Shown: positions 30,044 to 40,860, numbered from the stretch's first letter. The stretch: DNA of 64,000 bases from Planctomycetota bacterium (GCA_028280485.1 JANQLS010000062.1:5899-69898); one strand, 5' to 3'. Numbers and translations are program-made. Notes: generated from the sequence alone by a model not told the origin.

Positions 30044-31554
30044 CGTGAATCTCTACGGTTCCTGGGTTTGGTGCTTTTCTTTTTGGTTCTCTTTTTCTTG
30101 GATTGAAATGAACCTCGTTGAGGCTTCTTACCTTTTTTAGACTTCTTGCTCGTTGATGATCCCCGCGAGGATGAAGATCTCTGAGAATCTTTTGAACCCC
30201 CTTTTCCCCGACGACCTAAACGGCGACGACGAGAACGCCAACCGCGACGTTTGGGGGGAGCGACCAGCACCTTGACGTAATCTCGACGCCACTCGGGAAT
30301 GAGATCGGTAGATTCTCCTTGAGATTCAAGATCGATCTCTAAAAAGTCTAAGGCTTCAGAAAGGTAAGTTTTCTTTTGGTAAGAAGGTATCAATTCACCC
30401 CGTTGAATACAGTAACGAAGCTTTCGGTAAGCGAGAAGAACTTGCGAGACTCTCTCTTGGTCACGCTTCGAAACTCGCATGCATTCACCGACGGATTCAT
30501 AGCCAGCTTGAAGTAATTTCCACACTCCTTTGGGATGGGCCTTAGAGCTAACCCAATTCTCTTCCTGAGGAATTAAAACCGTATGTAGCAGAACGCAAAG
30601 CATCACCGCATTGGTGTAGCGTTCAGCAGAAGATTCTTGAATTTTTTGATCGAGAACCTTTAAGCGATTCAGGAATGGATGCTCATCGCCCTTGTCTTTA
30701 ATTTGTTGGGCTAAACTCGGCAAGAAGGCGTCGAGCAATTCTGAATCGATGAGCTTGAGGAAAAACTTGTAACCACAACCTGAACGTAAATCTTTAAAGA
30801 TCTCCTCCATCAAGCGGGAGATATTCGTTTTTTGAATCTCGATTCGGTTACGTTGAATGCCTTCGAACGTCTCTTGCTCCACTTGAAAATCAGTTCGAGC
30901 GGCATGTCTCAAGGCGCGAATCATTCGAACGGGATCTTCTTGAAAGCTCGCATCGGGATCTTTGATGGTTCGGACGATTTGATTCTCGAGGTCTTCAACC
31001 CCGCCCACGTAATCGATGATGGAGAAGCTACCGATATCGTAGAACAAACCGTTGATGGTTAAATCTCGACGTTTGGCATCCTCTTCAGGACTGCCGTATT
31101 TGTTATCTAAGAGGATGACCGAGTCGTTTTTCTGAATGGCGTGAACTTCACCTTGCCTGAAGGTCGCCACTTCGATGATGTCTTCACCCGGAAAGTAAAT
31201 GTGGGCGATTCGAAAACGCCGGCCGATGATTCGACAGTTTTTAAAGAGCTTCTTGAGTTTAGAGGGCTTGGCATCCGTTCCGATGTCAAAGTCTTTGGGT
31301 GTCTTTCCCAAGTAAAGGTCTCTTACACCTCCTCCCACGAGGTAGCCTTTAAAACCCTTGTTGTGTAAACGGTAGAGGACTTTAAGTGCGCCCTTGGAGA
31401 TGCGGTCTCTCGATATATTGTGTTCTTGGCGAGAAAGAACTCTCGGGTTGCCCTGTAAATCTGCAGGCTCACTCTGTACCGGTCCCTCATTCCCTGGAGA
31501 TGAATCTTTCATCTCAGATTTTTGAGGGAAAGTAGATTCAGAGTCAGAATTCAC
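30040..31554 (-). CDS. pcnB: poly(A) polymerase (polynucleotide adenylyltransferase)
   Basis: LVGGGVRD, PKDFDI, PAP-diagnostic IIGRRFRIAHI, RRDLTINGL, EDPVRMIRA; R/K/S-rich C-terminal tail. Confidence 0.93.
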   Translation of the reverse strand: MNSDSESTFPQKSEMKDSSPGNEGPVQSEPADLQGNPRVLSRQEHNISRDRISKGALKVLYRLHNKGFKGYLVGGGVRDLYLGKTPKDFDIGTDAKPSKLKKLFKNCRIIGRRFRIAHIYFPGEDIIEVATFRQGEVHAIQKNDSVILLDNKYGSPEEDAKRRDLTINGLFYDIGSFSIIDYVGGVEDLENQIVRTIKDPDASFQEDPVRMIRALRHAARTDFQVEQETFEGIQRNRIEIQKTNISRLMEEIFKDLRSGCGYKFFLKLIDSELLDAFLPSLAQQIKDKGDEHPFLNRLKVLDQKIQESSAERYTNAVMLCVLLHTVLIPQEENWVSSKAHPKGVWKLLQAGYESVGECMRVSKRDQERVSQVLLAYRKLRYCIQRGELIPSYQKKTYLSEALDFLEIDLESQGESTDLIPEWRRDYVKVLVAPPKRRGWRSRRRRLGRRGKGGSKDSQRSSSSRGSSTSKKSKKGKKPQRGSFQSKKKRTKKKSTKPRNRRDSR

Positions 31555-32031
31555 TTAATCAACCTGCTATTAATGGGGGCTTGGAACTCCCGAAGGAATT
31601 TGTGGTAAAAAGAAACTGATTTTAAAGTCGCGCTGTCGTTATCGAAGTTACTCTCAGTAAAACATACGCCTTCAGTTCCGATAATAAACCAAAGTAACAG
31701 TATGTTCTGGAATAATTTCATAGGCGTCGAATATCCCTTCAATCCGCCTTAAGGAGAGAAGATCCTTCACTTCATTCACTTTGTTAAAAAAAGGTAGCCT
31801 CATCGTTGTTGAATCTGGCTGAAAAACGTGAACTTAAGGAACGAATTCACCCGTTAATCAAAACGATTTCAGAAGAGGAGTGAGAATACTTTTCTTAAAT
31901 GAACCTTTTGACCGGCAAGAAAATACCATAAGCATCCGTGGTTCTCAAGCTCGCCACGCGATGTGAGAAAATGATTTTTTTCATAAGTCTAAATTGTATC
32001 GAGGTCCGGAAATAAATTCTAGGAGTGATGC

Positions 32032-32085
32032 TTGACGTGACAACATATTGTAGTAGGTTGGCTGTTCACATGAGACATATTGTGG
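32032..32085 (+). promoter_or_regulatory. sigma70-type promoter overlapped by tandem NrdR boxes
   Basis: TTGACG (32032-32037)-N16-TAGGTT (32054-32059); NrdR-box-like 16-mers TGACAACATATTGTAG (32038-32053) and ATGAGACATATTGTGG (32070-32085), 32 bp apart; next + strand gene is nrdJ. Confidence 0.85.
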
Positions 32086-32089
32086 TTTA

Positions 32090-34270
32090 CCCGAATTCAG
32101 ATTCATTTTCGTTTCATTCTTCTGAACTATTCTGAATCGGTATTATCGCTACCCTGGTCAGGAAACTCACCCCGGTAACAACGGTCTTAAAAATGGCATC
32201 TAAACGGGAAATTCTCCAGTAAAGACGCCTTATTCCGCCCAATCCGGCGGGGACCCAACAGGCTGAGACCTAAACAGACTGAGTCCTAAACAGACCGGGA
32301 TCGATCGAGGCGGGTAGGCCATTGTGTCGCATGGCTGAAGAGGTCATTTTTCCAGGCACTCCTGGGAAAATTTCTTTCAGCATCTTTAAAAAAGAAGAGT
32401 CAATGGACGAACAGGCCTTCAAGAAGAGCAGGCCCATTGGAAGAAGAAATAGAGGAGAATCAAAAGGTCTTTCAAAAGTCCTCAGCACCCTGAAGACTTT
32501 GAAGGATGACCGACCGACTCAATCACGGTCCAAAGAGAAAAGAAGCCCAAAAGAGAAAATACGTTAGAGAAACGTACCAGCAGGCCCTACCCACAAGATA
32601 CATATTTCATAATATCCGGGAAGGTCTCTGGAGAGAACAACGAGGTTTTAACCTATTTAAGGTCATCATTCACTTTAGACTCATTTAACGACTGGCGTGG
32701 GAGATTCATCTCCTCGGTCAGATCTAAAGTGCTCACCCCGACCAGAGTTCTTTTTTACTCGCCTTCTACAGCCGAATTTCTGGCTGCCTCTCAGGTCCCA
32801 TTGTTCAGATCCTATGATTTGACTGAACGGTGTTTGAGTTCAAGACGTCCGATCTCAAGAAGATCCCTTGCCTTCGCCTCATTCTTCTCGCCAAGCCGCC
32901 TCTTCACTTCAGCCAAGTTCTTGAAAGACGAACTCTTCAATGACGAGTCCTCAGAAAAACTGGGCCTTTATGGGTTTCGGTCTTGTGTCTTTCACTTGGG
33001 GATTGGTGAAAGATGGTTTTAGGCATTAACGCATTTTATGAGTCTCTGTAATTCAACAGAAACTCATTGGAGTGTGTTGGAAGAAGCTCCTACGGAGCAG
33101 GTTTCAACCCGTTCTAGTCAATCAAAGATGTGCTTTCACTCTGCTAATAGTGTTAGAAGCAAAAGCCTTACCGTTTAGAGAAAGGGGAATTTAAAGATTA
33201 AAGGAATTCAGAATTTCGTTCAGTAAGCTTTGTAGAGGGGGATAGCTAAGATTCGGGCGGTGTCACACTTCCCAATAGAGTTGAAGCCCCTTTAATAAGT
33301 GTCCTGATGATCACAAGCAGTGATGATCGGAATCTGAATGTTCGACTTTGAAGTCGTGATAAGCGGGGGAGGTCCATCCCCTAAATACTGTATTCGCTCA
33401 TGATTAAATCCTGCGGCTGCTATCGATTCCTGGTACGGGCATTGATAAGCGCGGATTTAAGCGAGCGGGCCTTCGAGGAGCAGCAAAAGTTCACTTTTGT
33501 TGTGAAGGCAAGGCACTACCGACGATTTAGATGATGATGCTTCATTCGTCGAGTGCTGGTGGCCGACTATCTCCTGATTTTTATCTACGACGAAAATTCA
33601 AACAAAGTTGAATATTGGAAAAGACATCAAGCTCAACCTCACTGAACTTCACCGAGAAGAACTCCTGATAAGCTGATCGTTGAACACCAACATCAAAAGC
33701 AGGGGTCTTCAAAGAAAAGTTACTGAATTCCGCCCAAAAGAGAGATTGAAGAGAAACAGATCGATTCTTCGGATCATTTCACCCTGACCAAGCTCTCTCA
33801 TAATTCCAATTAATTTTGAGAGAAGCTTGTAGAGCCTCCTACCAAACCCGGTGAAAATAATCTTTACCACCGGATGTTGAACCCTCCGAAAGGAGGGCCT
33901 GGAACTTCGCCCGATTTTTTTCGAGCGCAGCAGGGCTCTCGGCACCCCTGATGCCAAAGTGAACGGATCCCTCCCGTCTCCAAGATATTTGACTCAGAGA
34001 TACTTGATTCAAATATCCATGGGAGCCACGATTCGAGAGCCACTGAAGCCCACTCTCCAGTGAGTTTTTTTCTCTTCTTTTTCCTCGAAGCTGAGCGACC
34101 CATCAACGGCTGCAACTGAGCGATAACGCCTCCTGAGCCGGGGATCTCTCTCTAAACTCAAAAACACGATGGTTCAATGAGTTTATTAAGGTGTTAAAGG
34201 ATAGATAACTCAAGGGATAGATGAGAACACGAATGTTCTAGTCTTTGGATAAGGTGAAAAGGTGAAGGGT
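32090..34270 (+). ncRNA. candidate very large structured non-coding RNA / 5' leader of nrdJ (class unassigned)
   Basis: No credible ORF in about 2.2 kb; nested long-range helices 32155-32162/33783-33790, 32199-32207/33171-33179, 33203-33211/33723-33731; many local hairpins with G-U pairs on the + strand; boundaries approximate. Confidence 0.7.
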
Positions 34271-34279
34271 AAGTAGATT

Positions 34280-37200
34280 ATGGTTTTCGATTTAGAATCA
34301 AACGTAGGGCCCACAGGAAATTCTAAAGAACTCCCATTCCCCAACCCCGCTTCGAATCAAGGAAGCAATGGATCAGGAGCCAGCCACATGGCAGCTAAAT
34401 CAAATTCGCAGAATGACGCAGTCCATGGCACGAATAGTAATAAGGGTGCGGGCAACAGCAATGGTGTAGGCAGTACAGGAGTCCTCAGCGACACGAACTC
34501 AGCGACCGACTTCTCCTCCCGTACGACACGCCCTCCGATTACCAGCAGCCATTCGGGTTCTGCTCCAGCAACCCCGTCTGCATCACCCCCATCTCCCTCA
34601 CCACAGGGACGCGGGATGGGCTTAGATATTCAACGCCACTTCACCTTGGATGAAAACGGGGGCCCCTTCAATCCTTACCAAGCTGTCCGCTGGGCTCTGA
34701 GATCCACGAAGATCACCAATCCCGATGGAAGTGTCGTCTTCGAAGCTGATGACATCGAAGTCCCCGAAGACTGGTCTCAAGTTGCCGTCGACATCATGGC
34801 TTCTAAATACCTCCGTAAAGCAGGAGTTCCCGTCCTCGACGAAAACGGCGCGCCCGTCCTCGATGAAAACGGCCAACCTCAAACCACTCAAGAAACCAGC
34901 GTCCGACAGGTCGTTCATCGTCTCGTTCACTGCTGGAGACACTGGGGAGAATCCTACGGTTACTTCTCTTCACCTGAGGCCGCCGACAACTTCGAGCTCG
35001 AACTCGCTCATATGCTCCTCCATCAGATGGCTGCCCCCAACTCACCTCAGTGGTTCAACACCGGCCTTCACCAAGTTTATGGAGTCAACGGACCTTCCCA
35101 GGGTCACTTTTACGTCGACCCGACGACCGAAGAACTCAAAAAATCAGTCGACGCCTACAGTCGCCCTCAACCTCACGCATGCTTTATTCAGTCGGTTTCC
35201 GATGACCTCGTCAACGAAGGCGGGATCATGGATCTCTGGACTCGCGAAGCTCGCTTGTTCAAGTATGGCTCCGGAACGGGAACCAATTTCTCTGGCTTGA
35301 GAGGTGAAGGTGAACCTCTGTCAGGTGGGGGAGTCAGCTCCGGCTTGATGTCGTTCTTAAAAATTGGTGACCGCGCTGCCGGCGCGATCAAAAGCGGAGG
35401 AACGACCCGACGTGCCGCTAAGATGGTCTGCCTCGATCTCGACCACCCCGACATCGAAGGCTTTATTTCTTGGAAAGCTCAAGAAGAGCGCAAAGTCCAA
35501 GCTATGATCGATGCCGGTTACGCCTCTGACTTTAACGGCGAAGCCTACGCCACGGTCTCCGGCCAAAATTCAAACAACTCGGTTCGTATCCCCGACAACT
35601 TCTTCCGTTCTTTGGAAAAGGATGGAGACTGGAATTTAACCTGGCGTACCGACGGCTCGGTCTGTAAAACGCTTCCCGCCAAAGATCTTTGGAAAAATAT
35701 CTGTGAAGCTGCCTGGAGTTGCGCTGATCCGGGAGTTCAATACGACACCACGATCAACGATTGGCACACCTGCCCCCAAGACGGAAAAATCAACGCCTCC
35801 AATCCCTGCTCAGAATACATGTTCCTCGACGATACCGCCTGTAACTTGGCTTCGTTGAACCTCATGAAATTCTACGATGACCAGACGGACACCTTCGATA
35901 TTCAGTCTTACACTCACGCGATTCGCCTCTGGACGATCGTTTTGGAAGTCAGTGTGTTGATGGCTCAATTCCCCAGTGAACCGATCGCTACCAAAAGTTA
36001 CGAATACAGAACTTTAGGATTGGGATACGCCAACCTCGGTACCCTTCTCATGGTGAAAGGGCTCCCTTACGACAGCCCCCAAGGACGCGCACTTTGTGCA
36101 TCTTTAACTTCGATTCTCACCGGAGAATCTTACGCGACTTCAGCCGAGATGGCGCGCGAGCTCGGTCCCTTCCCGGCCTTCGGGCGCAACCGCAACGACA
36201 TGCTGCGCGTGATTCGCAACCATCGCCGAGCTGCCTACAACGCTAGCCCCGACGAATACGAAAAGCTCTCGATCTCGCCTCAAGGAATCGACCAAGAATT
36301 GGCTCCCGGCAGTCTTTTAGACGCTGCGAAAACCTCTTGGGATCGCGCTTTGGAACTCGGTGAAAAATTCGGTTACCGAAACGCTCAAGCCACCGTGATC
36401 GCCCCGACCGGAACGATCGGTTTACTGATGGACTGCGACACCACCGGAATCGAACCTGATTACTCATTGGTCAAGTTCAAGAAACTCGCTGGTGGTGGCT
36501 ACTTCAAAATCGTGAACAATTCGGTCGAAAAAGCCCTGCGTCACTTTGGCTACAACGATAGCCAAATCCAAGAGATCATCGAATATCTCAAGGGAACGAA
36601 TCGCTTCGCCCAAGACGGTGGCCCCGGCGAAATTCACCGAACTTCTCTGATGGCAAAAGGTTTAACCTCGGAAGATCTCGATTCGATCGAATCGAACCTC
36701 CCCATGAACTTCGACCTTCATTCAGCCGTATCTCCCTGGAACATCAAAGAAGGAACCCTGAAGAACCTCGAAATCAGTTCTGAAGAGTCCTCCAAACCTT
36801 CATTCAATCTCCTCAAGGCTCTCGGTTTCAACCAGGATGCGATCGATCGGGCGAACGACGTCATCTGCGGTCGCCAAACCTTGGAAGGTGCTCCTTACCT
36901 CACTGAAGACCAAGTCGAAGTGTTCGATTGCGCTAACCGTTGCGGTAAGCACGGTAAACGATTTATCGCTCCCTTGGGTCACGTGAGAATGATGGGCGCC
37001 GCCCAGCCTTTCATCAGTGGTGCGATCTCCAAAACGATCAACCTTCCCAACGAAGCGACCGTTGAAGGTATCAGCGATGCCTACCGTGAAAGTTGGCGCT
37101 TGGGACTGAAAGCTAACGCCCTCTATCGTGACGGTTGTAAGCTCTCTCAACCCCTCTCTTCTCAATCGGATGATTCCGAATCAGAAGATGCCACCCAGAC

Positions 37201-37915
37201 AACGGGTGAGACCTCTTCGAGTTCATTCAAGCCGATGCGCCGCCCTCTTCCTTCACTGAGAATGGGCTTTACCCAAGAAGCGAGAGTGGGGGGACACAAG
37301 GTTTACCTCCGCACGGGTAACTACGAAGATGGAGCCCTGGGCGAGATCTTTATCGATATGCATAAAGAAGGTGCCGCGTTCCGAGGCGTCATGAACTGTT
37401 TCGCTATCGCGATTTCGAAGGGCTTACAGTACGGGGTTCCGCTGGAGGAATTCGTCGACACCTTCACCTTCACTCGGTTCTCACCCTCGGGTATGGTTCA
37501 AGACCAAGAAAATGTGAAGATGGCAACTTCGATCCTCGACTACGTCTTCAGAGTTTTAGGCATCAAATATCTGGATCGTCACGATCTGGCTCACGTCAAA
37601 CCCAGTGAGTTCAACGCTGATGATCCCTCTGAAAGCCATCTGCAAGCTTCTTCCGGACAAGCTTCTTCCGGAAATAGCACCACTCCGACTCAGGCCTCAC
37701 CTCAAGCCTCCATGGCGAGTCCGCCGGCCGTTCCTGCGAGTCACGCCCAAGAGTTAGCTGATCCTACCGCCTCAAGCGATGAATCTGCCGCCAACCGACA
37801 GATGGCGGAATTTATGGGGGATGCCCCTCCCTGTGAAGTTTGTGGTCACATCACCGTGAGAAACGGAGCTTGCTACAAATGTCTCAACTGCGGAACTTCC
37901 GCCGGTTGTTCGTAA
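34280..37915 (+). CDS. nrdJ: adenosylcobalamin-dependent (class II) ribonucleotide reductase
   Basis: [37 protein letters not shown] (catalytic Cys/Glu), [27 protein letters not shown]-type domain, C-terminal CxxC...CYKCLNCG...GCS. Alternative starts at 34388 (GGAG SD) and 34616. Confidence 0.97.
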   Translation: MVFDLESNVGPTGNSKELPFPNPASNQGSNGSGASHMAAKSNSQNDAVHGTNSNKGAGNSNGVGSTGVLSDTNSATDFSSRTTRPPITSSHSGSAPATPSASPPSPSPQGRGMGLDIQRHFTLDENGGPFNPYQAVRWALRSTKITNPDGSVVFEADDIEVPEDWSQVAVDIMASKYLRKAGVPVLDENGAPVLDENGQPQTTQETSVRQVVHRLVHCWRHWGESYGYFSSPEAADNFELELAHMLLHQMAAPNSPQWFNTGLHQVYGVNGPSQGHFYVDPTTEELKKSVDAYSRPQPHACFIQSVSDDLVNEGGIMDLWTREARLFKYGSGTGTNFSGLRGEGEPLSGGGVSSGLMSFLKIGDRAAGAIKSGGTTRRAAKMVCLDLDHPDIEGFISWKAQEERKVQAMIDAGYASDFNGEAYATVSGQNSNNSVRIPDNFFRSLEKDGDWNLTWRTDGSVCKTLPAKDLWKNICEAAWSCADPGVQYDTTINDWHTCPQDGKINASNPCSEYMFLDDTACNLASLNLMKFYDDQTDTFDIQSYTHAIRLWTIVLEVSVLMAQFPSEPIATKSYEYRTLGLGYANLGTLLMVKGLPYDSPQGRALCASLTSILTGESYATSAEMARELGPFPAFGRNRNDMLRVIRNHRRAAYNASPDEYEKLSISPQGIDQELAPGSLLDAAKTSWDRALELGEKFGYRNAQATVIAPTGTIGLLMDCDTTGIEPDYSLVKFKKLAGGGYFKIVNNSVEKALRHFGYNDSQIQEIIEYLKGTNRFAQDGGPGEIHRTSLMAKGLTSEDLDSIESNLPMNFDLHSAVSPWNIKEGTLKNLEISSEESSKPSFNLLKALGFNQDAIDRANDVICGRQTLEGAPYLTEDQVEVFDCANRCGKHGKRFIAPLGHVRMMGAAQPFISGAISKTINLPNEATVEGISDAYRESWRLGLKANALYRDGCKLSQPLSSQSDDSESEDATQTTGETSSSSFKPMRRPLPSLRMGFTQEARVGGHKVYLRTGNYEDGALGEIFIDMHKEGAAFRGVMNCFAIAISKGLQYGVPLEEFVDTFTFTRFSPSGMVQDQENVKMATSILDYVFRVLGIKYLDRHDLAHVKPSEFNADDPSESHLQASSGQASSGNSTTPTQASPQASMASPPAVPASHAQELADPTASSDESAANRQMAEFMGDAPPCEVCGHITVRNGACYKCLNCGTSAGCS

Positions 37916-37942
37916 CGCTCCCGGAAATCACATTAAAAACAT

Positions 37943-37979
37943 AAAAAAAGCGCTCCTCATTCAGAGGAGCGCTTTTTTT
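37943..37979 (+). terminator. rho-independent terminator of nrdJ (possibly bidirectional)
   Basis: AAAAAAAGCGCTCCTC-attca-GAGGAGCGCTTTTTTT. Confidence 0.9.
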
Positions 37980-38020
37980 CTTAGGTAATCGGTTCAAAGT
38001 AATCCGCACATACTTATTCC

Positions 38021-38169
38021 AAGCGCGAAGCGTAAGCGAGTGCCATGCGTTTAACTCATCATCGAGGCTTGTGATGGATTTCAGTTCGGCGTGAAACCTG
38101 GTTTTTGGGTTAGTTTGATTTTATTTACGTTGCGGCTTGCCAACCCTCGTTGACACTTCGGGCTTGAAA
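38021..38169. repeat. degenerate REP doublet, family A subtype
   Basis: AAGCGCGAAGCGTAAGCGAGTGCC ... CCCTCGTTGACACTTCGGGCTTGAAA; inverse counterpart of the 51160-51325 copy. Confidence 0.75.
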
Positions 38170-38196
38170 TTGATCACTAAGTGATTCATTGGGCTA

Positions 38197-38958
38197 CTAA
38201 CCCCGCTTCACCGCGTCCTCAAAATCCGGGATCAAATTTAACAAGCCCACTCGGCCGCCTTCCTTTTCCTCTTCCTCATCCACCAAGATGTGATCTGGGA
38301 TCAGCCCCTTTCCCACATCGTTATACAAACTGTGGCAGAAGTCAGCCAGAGGATCCGGATGGGGAGACGTAATACTCGCGCAATAAAAGCGCTCTAATTG
38401 CTGACAGGCGTAATCGTAAGTTTCCTCCAAGCTGACTTGAAGCTTTCCTAAGCGCTCAAAGTTCATCGAAATCGCACAAGGGGGATCGAGTGTAAATTCT
38501 TCAAGCAGAGCTCCGTAATTTTTAAGCTGAGAACACTCTGGACCCACTTCAAGAGGTTTATCCCGACCTTTTTCGCTCTTTCTCACCTCTAAGGAGCACT
38601 GCTCAAATACGTAAAAGCTTTCGATGTTTCCACTGATTTCTCGGCAGCTTTCAAGAAGCTGGGCCGTCACGCCCAGTACCTCTAATTGATTTCGAGCCCC
38701 GACCAAGAGGTTGCAGCCCAAAATTAACTGTTGGCATCCATAGAGAATGGAGCCTCCACCGATAGCCGCTGGTTCAATCAGAACGGGATGGACTTCGTGG
38801 AGCGCCAGTAATTGTCGAAAGACCGTCTGGAAAGCATTCTTTGGATTGGCTTGAAGCACGACGGGTGCATCGAGCCCCGGCTCTAGGAGGTGCCGATTGG
38901 GGAAGAACAGGAACTGCTGCTTAGAAGGATCCACCGGATCGTTTGGATTATCGATCAT
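38197..38958 (-). CDS. hypothetical protein
   Basis: 253-aa ORF with ATG start, 26 nt downstream of the methyltransferase gene; no motif recognised. Confidence 0.75.
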   Translation of the reverse strand: MIDNPNDPVDPSKQQFLFFPNRHLLEPGLDAPVVLQANPKNAFQTVFRQLLALHEVHPVLIEPAAIGGGSILYGCQQLILGCNLLVGARNQLEVLGVTAQLLESCREISGNIESFYVFEQCSLEVRKSEKGRDKPLEVGPECSQLKNYGALLEEFTLDPPCAISMNFERLGKLQVSLEETYDYACQQLERFYCASITSPHPDPLADFCHSLYNDVGKGLIPDHILVDEEEEKEGGRVGLLNLIPDFEDAVKRG

Positions 38959-38984
38959 GCTTTTAATGGGGGTAAGGTCTTTAT

Positions 38985-39656
38985 TCAGGAAGTTAAACCA
39001 CCTATGACCGCAACGTGGCGATCCGATATAACTTGAACCTTGACGTCAAATCCTCCGACAAACTCGATTTGCTGACGGATTTCCTCAACTGTAAAGGCGG
39101 AATAGAGTGATTGCTCAAAGAGCTCTTTGAGCAATTTACTCTCTCGACCGCAGTGCCGCTTCACTAAATCTCGAATTTCACGAGAAGAACTGGGACGAAA
39201 GAGATCTTGGACTACCATCAATCCGTCAGCTCTCAAAAGATGCTTCGATGCCTCCCACAAGGAGAGAGGATCGGGCAAATGATGAAGTAAACTGTTTGAA
39301 AAAACTAAATTAAATCGCCCTAAACCCCGGGGAATGGACTGAATTTTGGCCTCTAAGGTTTCAATATTCTTAGTGAGCTTTGCTTTTCGAATGTTCTCTT
39401 TCGCCTTCTTGAGCATCCGAGGACCGGCATCCATAGCCACGACCCGCCATCCGGGGGCTAAACGACAGAGCTCAAGGGGAATGGAGGCTGGCCCCGTCCC
39501 GAGATCGATAGCCTTTCCTACGGGGCCCGCTAAAGCGATCAACCGCTGGGCGAGTTGGCGATTGACCTCGCTGAAATCACTCTCATCGTAAGCTTGGACT
39601 TCGCGGGGATCGTCCATCAATTCAGGTTCAGGTAAACGCGGGATCCAAGATTTCAT
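38985..39656 (-). CDS. class I SAM-dependent methyltransferase
   Basis: PRLPEPELMD N-terminus, IDLGTGPA motif I, VFSNSLLHHLPDP, DLFRP. Confidence 0.9.
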   Translation of the reverse strand: MKSWIPRLPEPELMDDPREVQAYDESDFSEVNRQLAQRLIALAGPVGKAIDLGTGPASIPLELCRLAPGWRVVAMDAGPRMLKKAKENIRKAKLTKNIETLEAKIQSIPRGLGRFNLVFSNSLLHHLPDPLSLWEASKHLLRADGLMVVQDLFRPSSSREIRDLVKRHCGRESKLLKELFEQSLYSAFTVEEIRQQIEFVGGFDVKVQVISDRHVAVIGGLTS

Positions 39657-39835
39657 GATTTAAGAATAGGTTTGTTCATTAGTAAGAAGTTCTAACGGTA
39701 TCGATGAGAAGCTCAGCGATTACAAAGTAAGGGGAAAACCCTATCACGCACGTGTAGGTAACTCCATCAATCTTTTTATAGTAGTCGGCTCAAGGTAGTC
39801 CACACACGCTGAGGCTGTGAGATTTTTCGAAATAC

Positions 39836-39969
39836 ATTAGTAAGCCCGGAGCGTAGGCGACGGGATACGTCATTGCGATGAATCCGCATAGGTACGTCCT
39901 CAGGGATTAAATTCCCACCCACGCATTACTTTAGCATTGTCCCGTCGCTTACGCTCCGGGCTTATTGAT
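39836..39969. repeat. REP doublet (REPIN-like), family A
   Basis: TAAGCCCGGAGCGTAGGCGACGGGA ... TCCCGTCGCTTACGCTCCGGGCTTA. Confidence 0.9.
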
Positions 39970-40299
39970 ATTGATTCTTAACTCTTTAACCTATTTTCCC
40001 AATGAACTGATTCCCATCACAAGCCTTGATTTTAAGTCAAACGCGTGGCACCCGCTAAGGCTTCGTGCGAGGAATGAGATATTGAAATACTGTTCCGGCT
40101 CACGGGATCAGCTGACTACTTTGCAACGTTTACCCGTAGTTATTTCAAAAAATCTGAATCATAAGTGAACCTAAAAAAATATCGACATCCTATAAAGTTA
40201 ACTCTTTAACGAAGCCGAAAATGACATCGTTTTAAGAAATAAAAACTTACGTCATCAATTGAGCGTTTCGGAATCGAACGCTTAAACCGAACTCATTTT

Positions 40300-40327
40300 T
40301 TGACATTGAAACAGAACGAAATAACGT
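40300..40327 (+). promoter_or_regulatory. putative sigma70 promoter upstream of the structured leader and alpha-2-macroglobulin operon
   Basis: TTGACA (40300-40305)-N16-TAACGT (40322-40327). Confidence 0.55.
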
Positions 40328-40334
40328 TAGGATC

Positions 40335-40860
40335 TTTTTTGTGAAGTGAAGAGAAGGGTCTCCCTCCAGTCACCTTCTCACCTTGCTATGCTTATATTTT
40401 GTTTCTGTTCATCAATAGGAACAAATTCGTGCGCCAGTAAGAGAACGCACAAAAGCACCCGTGCTCATTTGCACATCCTATTAGATTTACTTTGTAGATT
40501 TCTCACCCCGCTTTGTGAGTCACAGCTCAGCTTGTGCCTCGTATTGATAGTTTTTTGGTGAGTTACTCCATAGTTGTCTACAAACACGCATTTTTTCTAG
40601 CTAAGTCTCTTTGCCAGTCTCTTCGTCTACGCTGTCTTGGTAGGCACTGCTTTCGCTGGCTGATCTGCTGATCTATTGTCAATAAGGCAGCTAAAGCTGC
40701 ACTTAGCGATATTCGTATCTGTATTTCCGTTCTCCGCCCGGATCTACCCAAGAAGGGCTTGAGTGCTCACAACTGAGGCTCGAAATCCATCTCAGGAGAT
40801 CCCATTGGACTGAGGGGGGATAGGCACATGTCTATCGTCGTTCTATCCCCCCAAAGCCCA
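40335..40860 (+). ncRNA. candidate structured leader / ncRNA (about 520 nt)
   Basis: Consecutive stems and multibranch domains, e.g. 40491-40498/40577-40584, 40600-40606/40701-40707, 40814-40823/40843-40852; G-U pairs on the + strand. Confidence 0.55.

Noticed and set aside
30040..31554. CCA-adding enzyme (tRNA-Arg lacks encoded CCA)
   Set aside because: It carries the poly(A) polymerase-diagnostic IIGRRFRIAHI motif, so it is called PcnB.
32270..34115. Short ORFs (60-97 aa) in the nrdJ upstream region
   Set aside because: No recognisable motifs or convincing SD/start context, on both strands, and coincident with hairpins; treated as spurious.
32090..34270. Canonical group II or group I intron, or cobalamin riboswitch
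   Set aside because: By eye I found no GTGCG 5' end with a domain V hairpin, no group I core and no B12 box, and there is no RT or homing-endonuclease ORF. A divergent member cannot be excluded without a covariance-model search.
34280..37915. Intein in NrdJ
   Set aside because: No C/S...HN-C splice motifs or LAGLIDADG blocks; the extra length is low-complexity linker plus the C-terminal domain.
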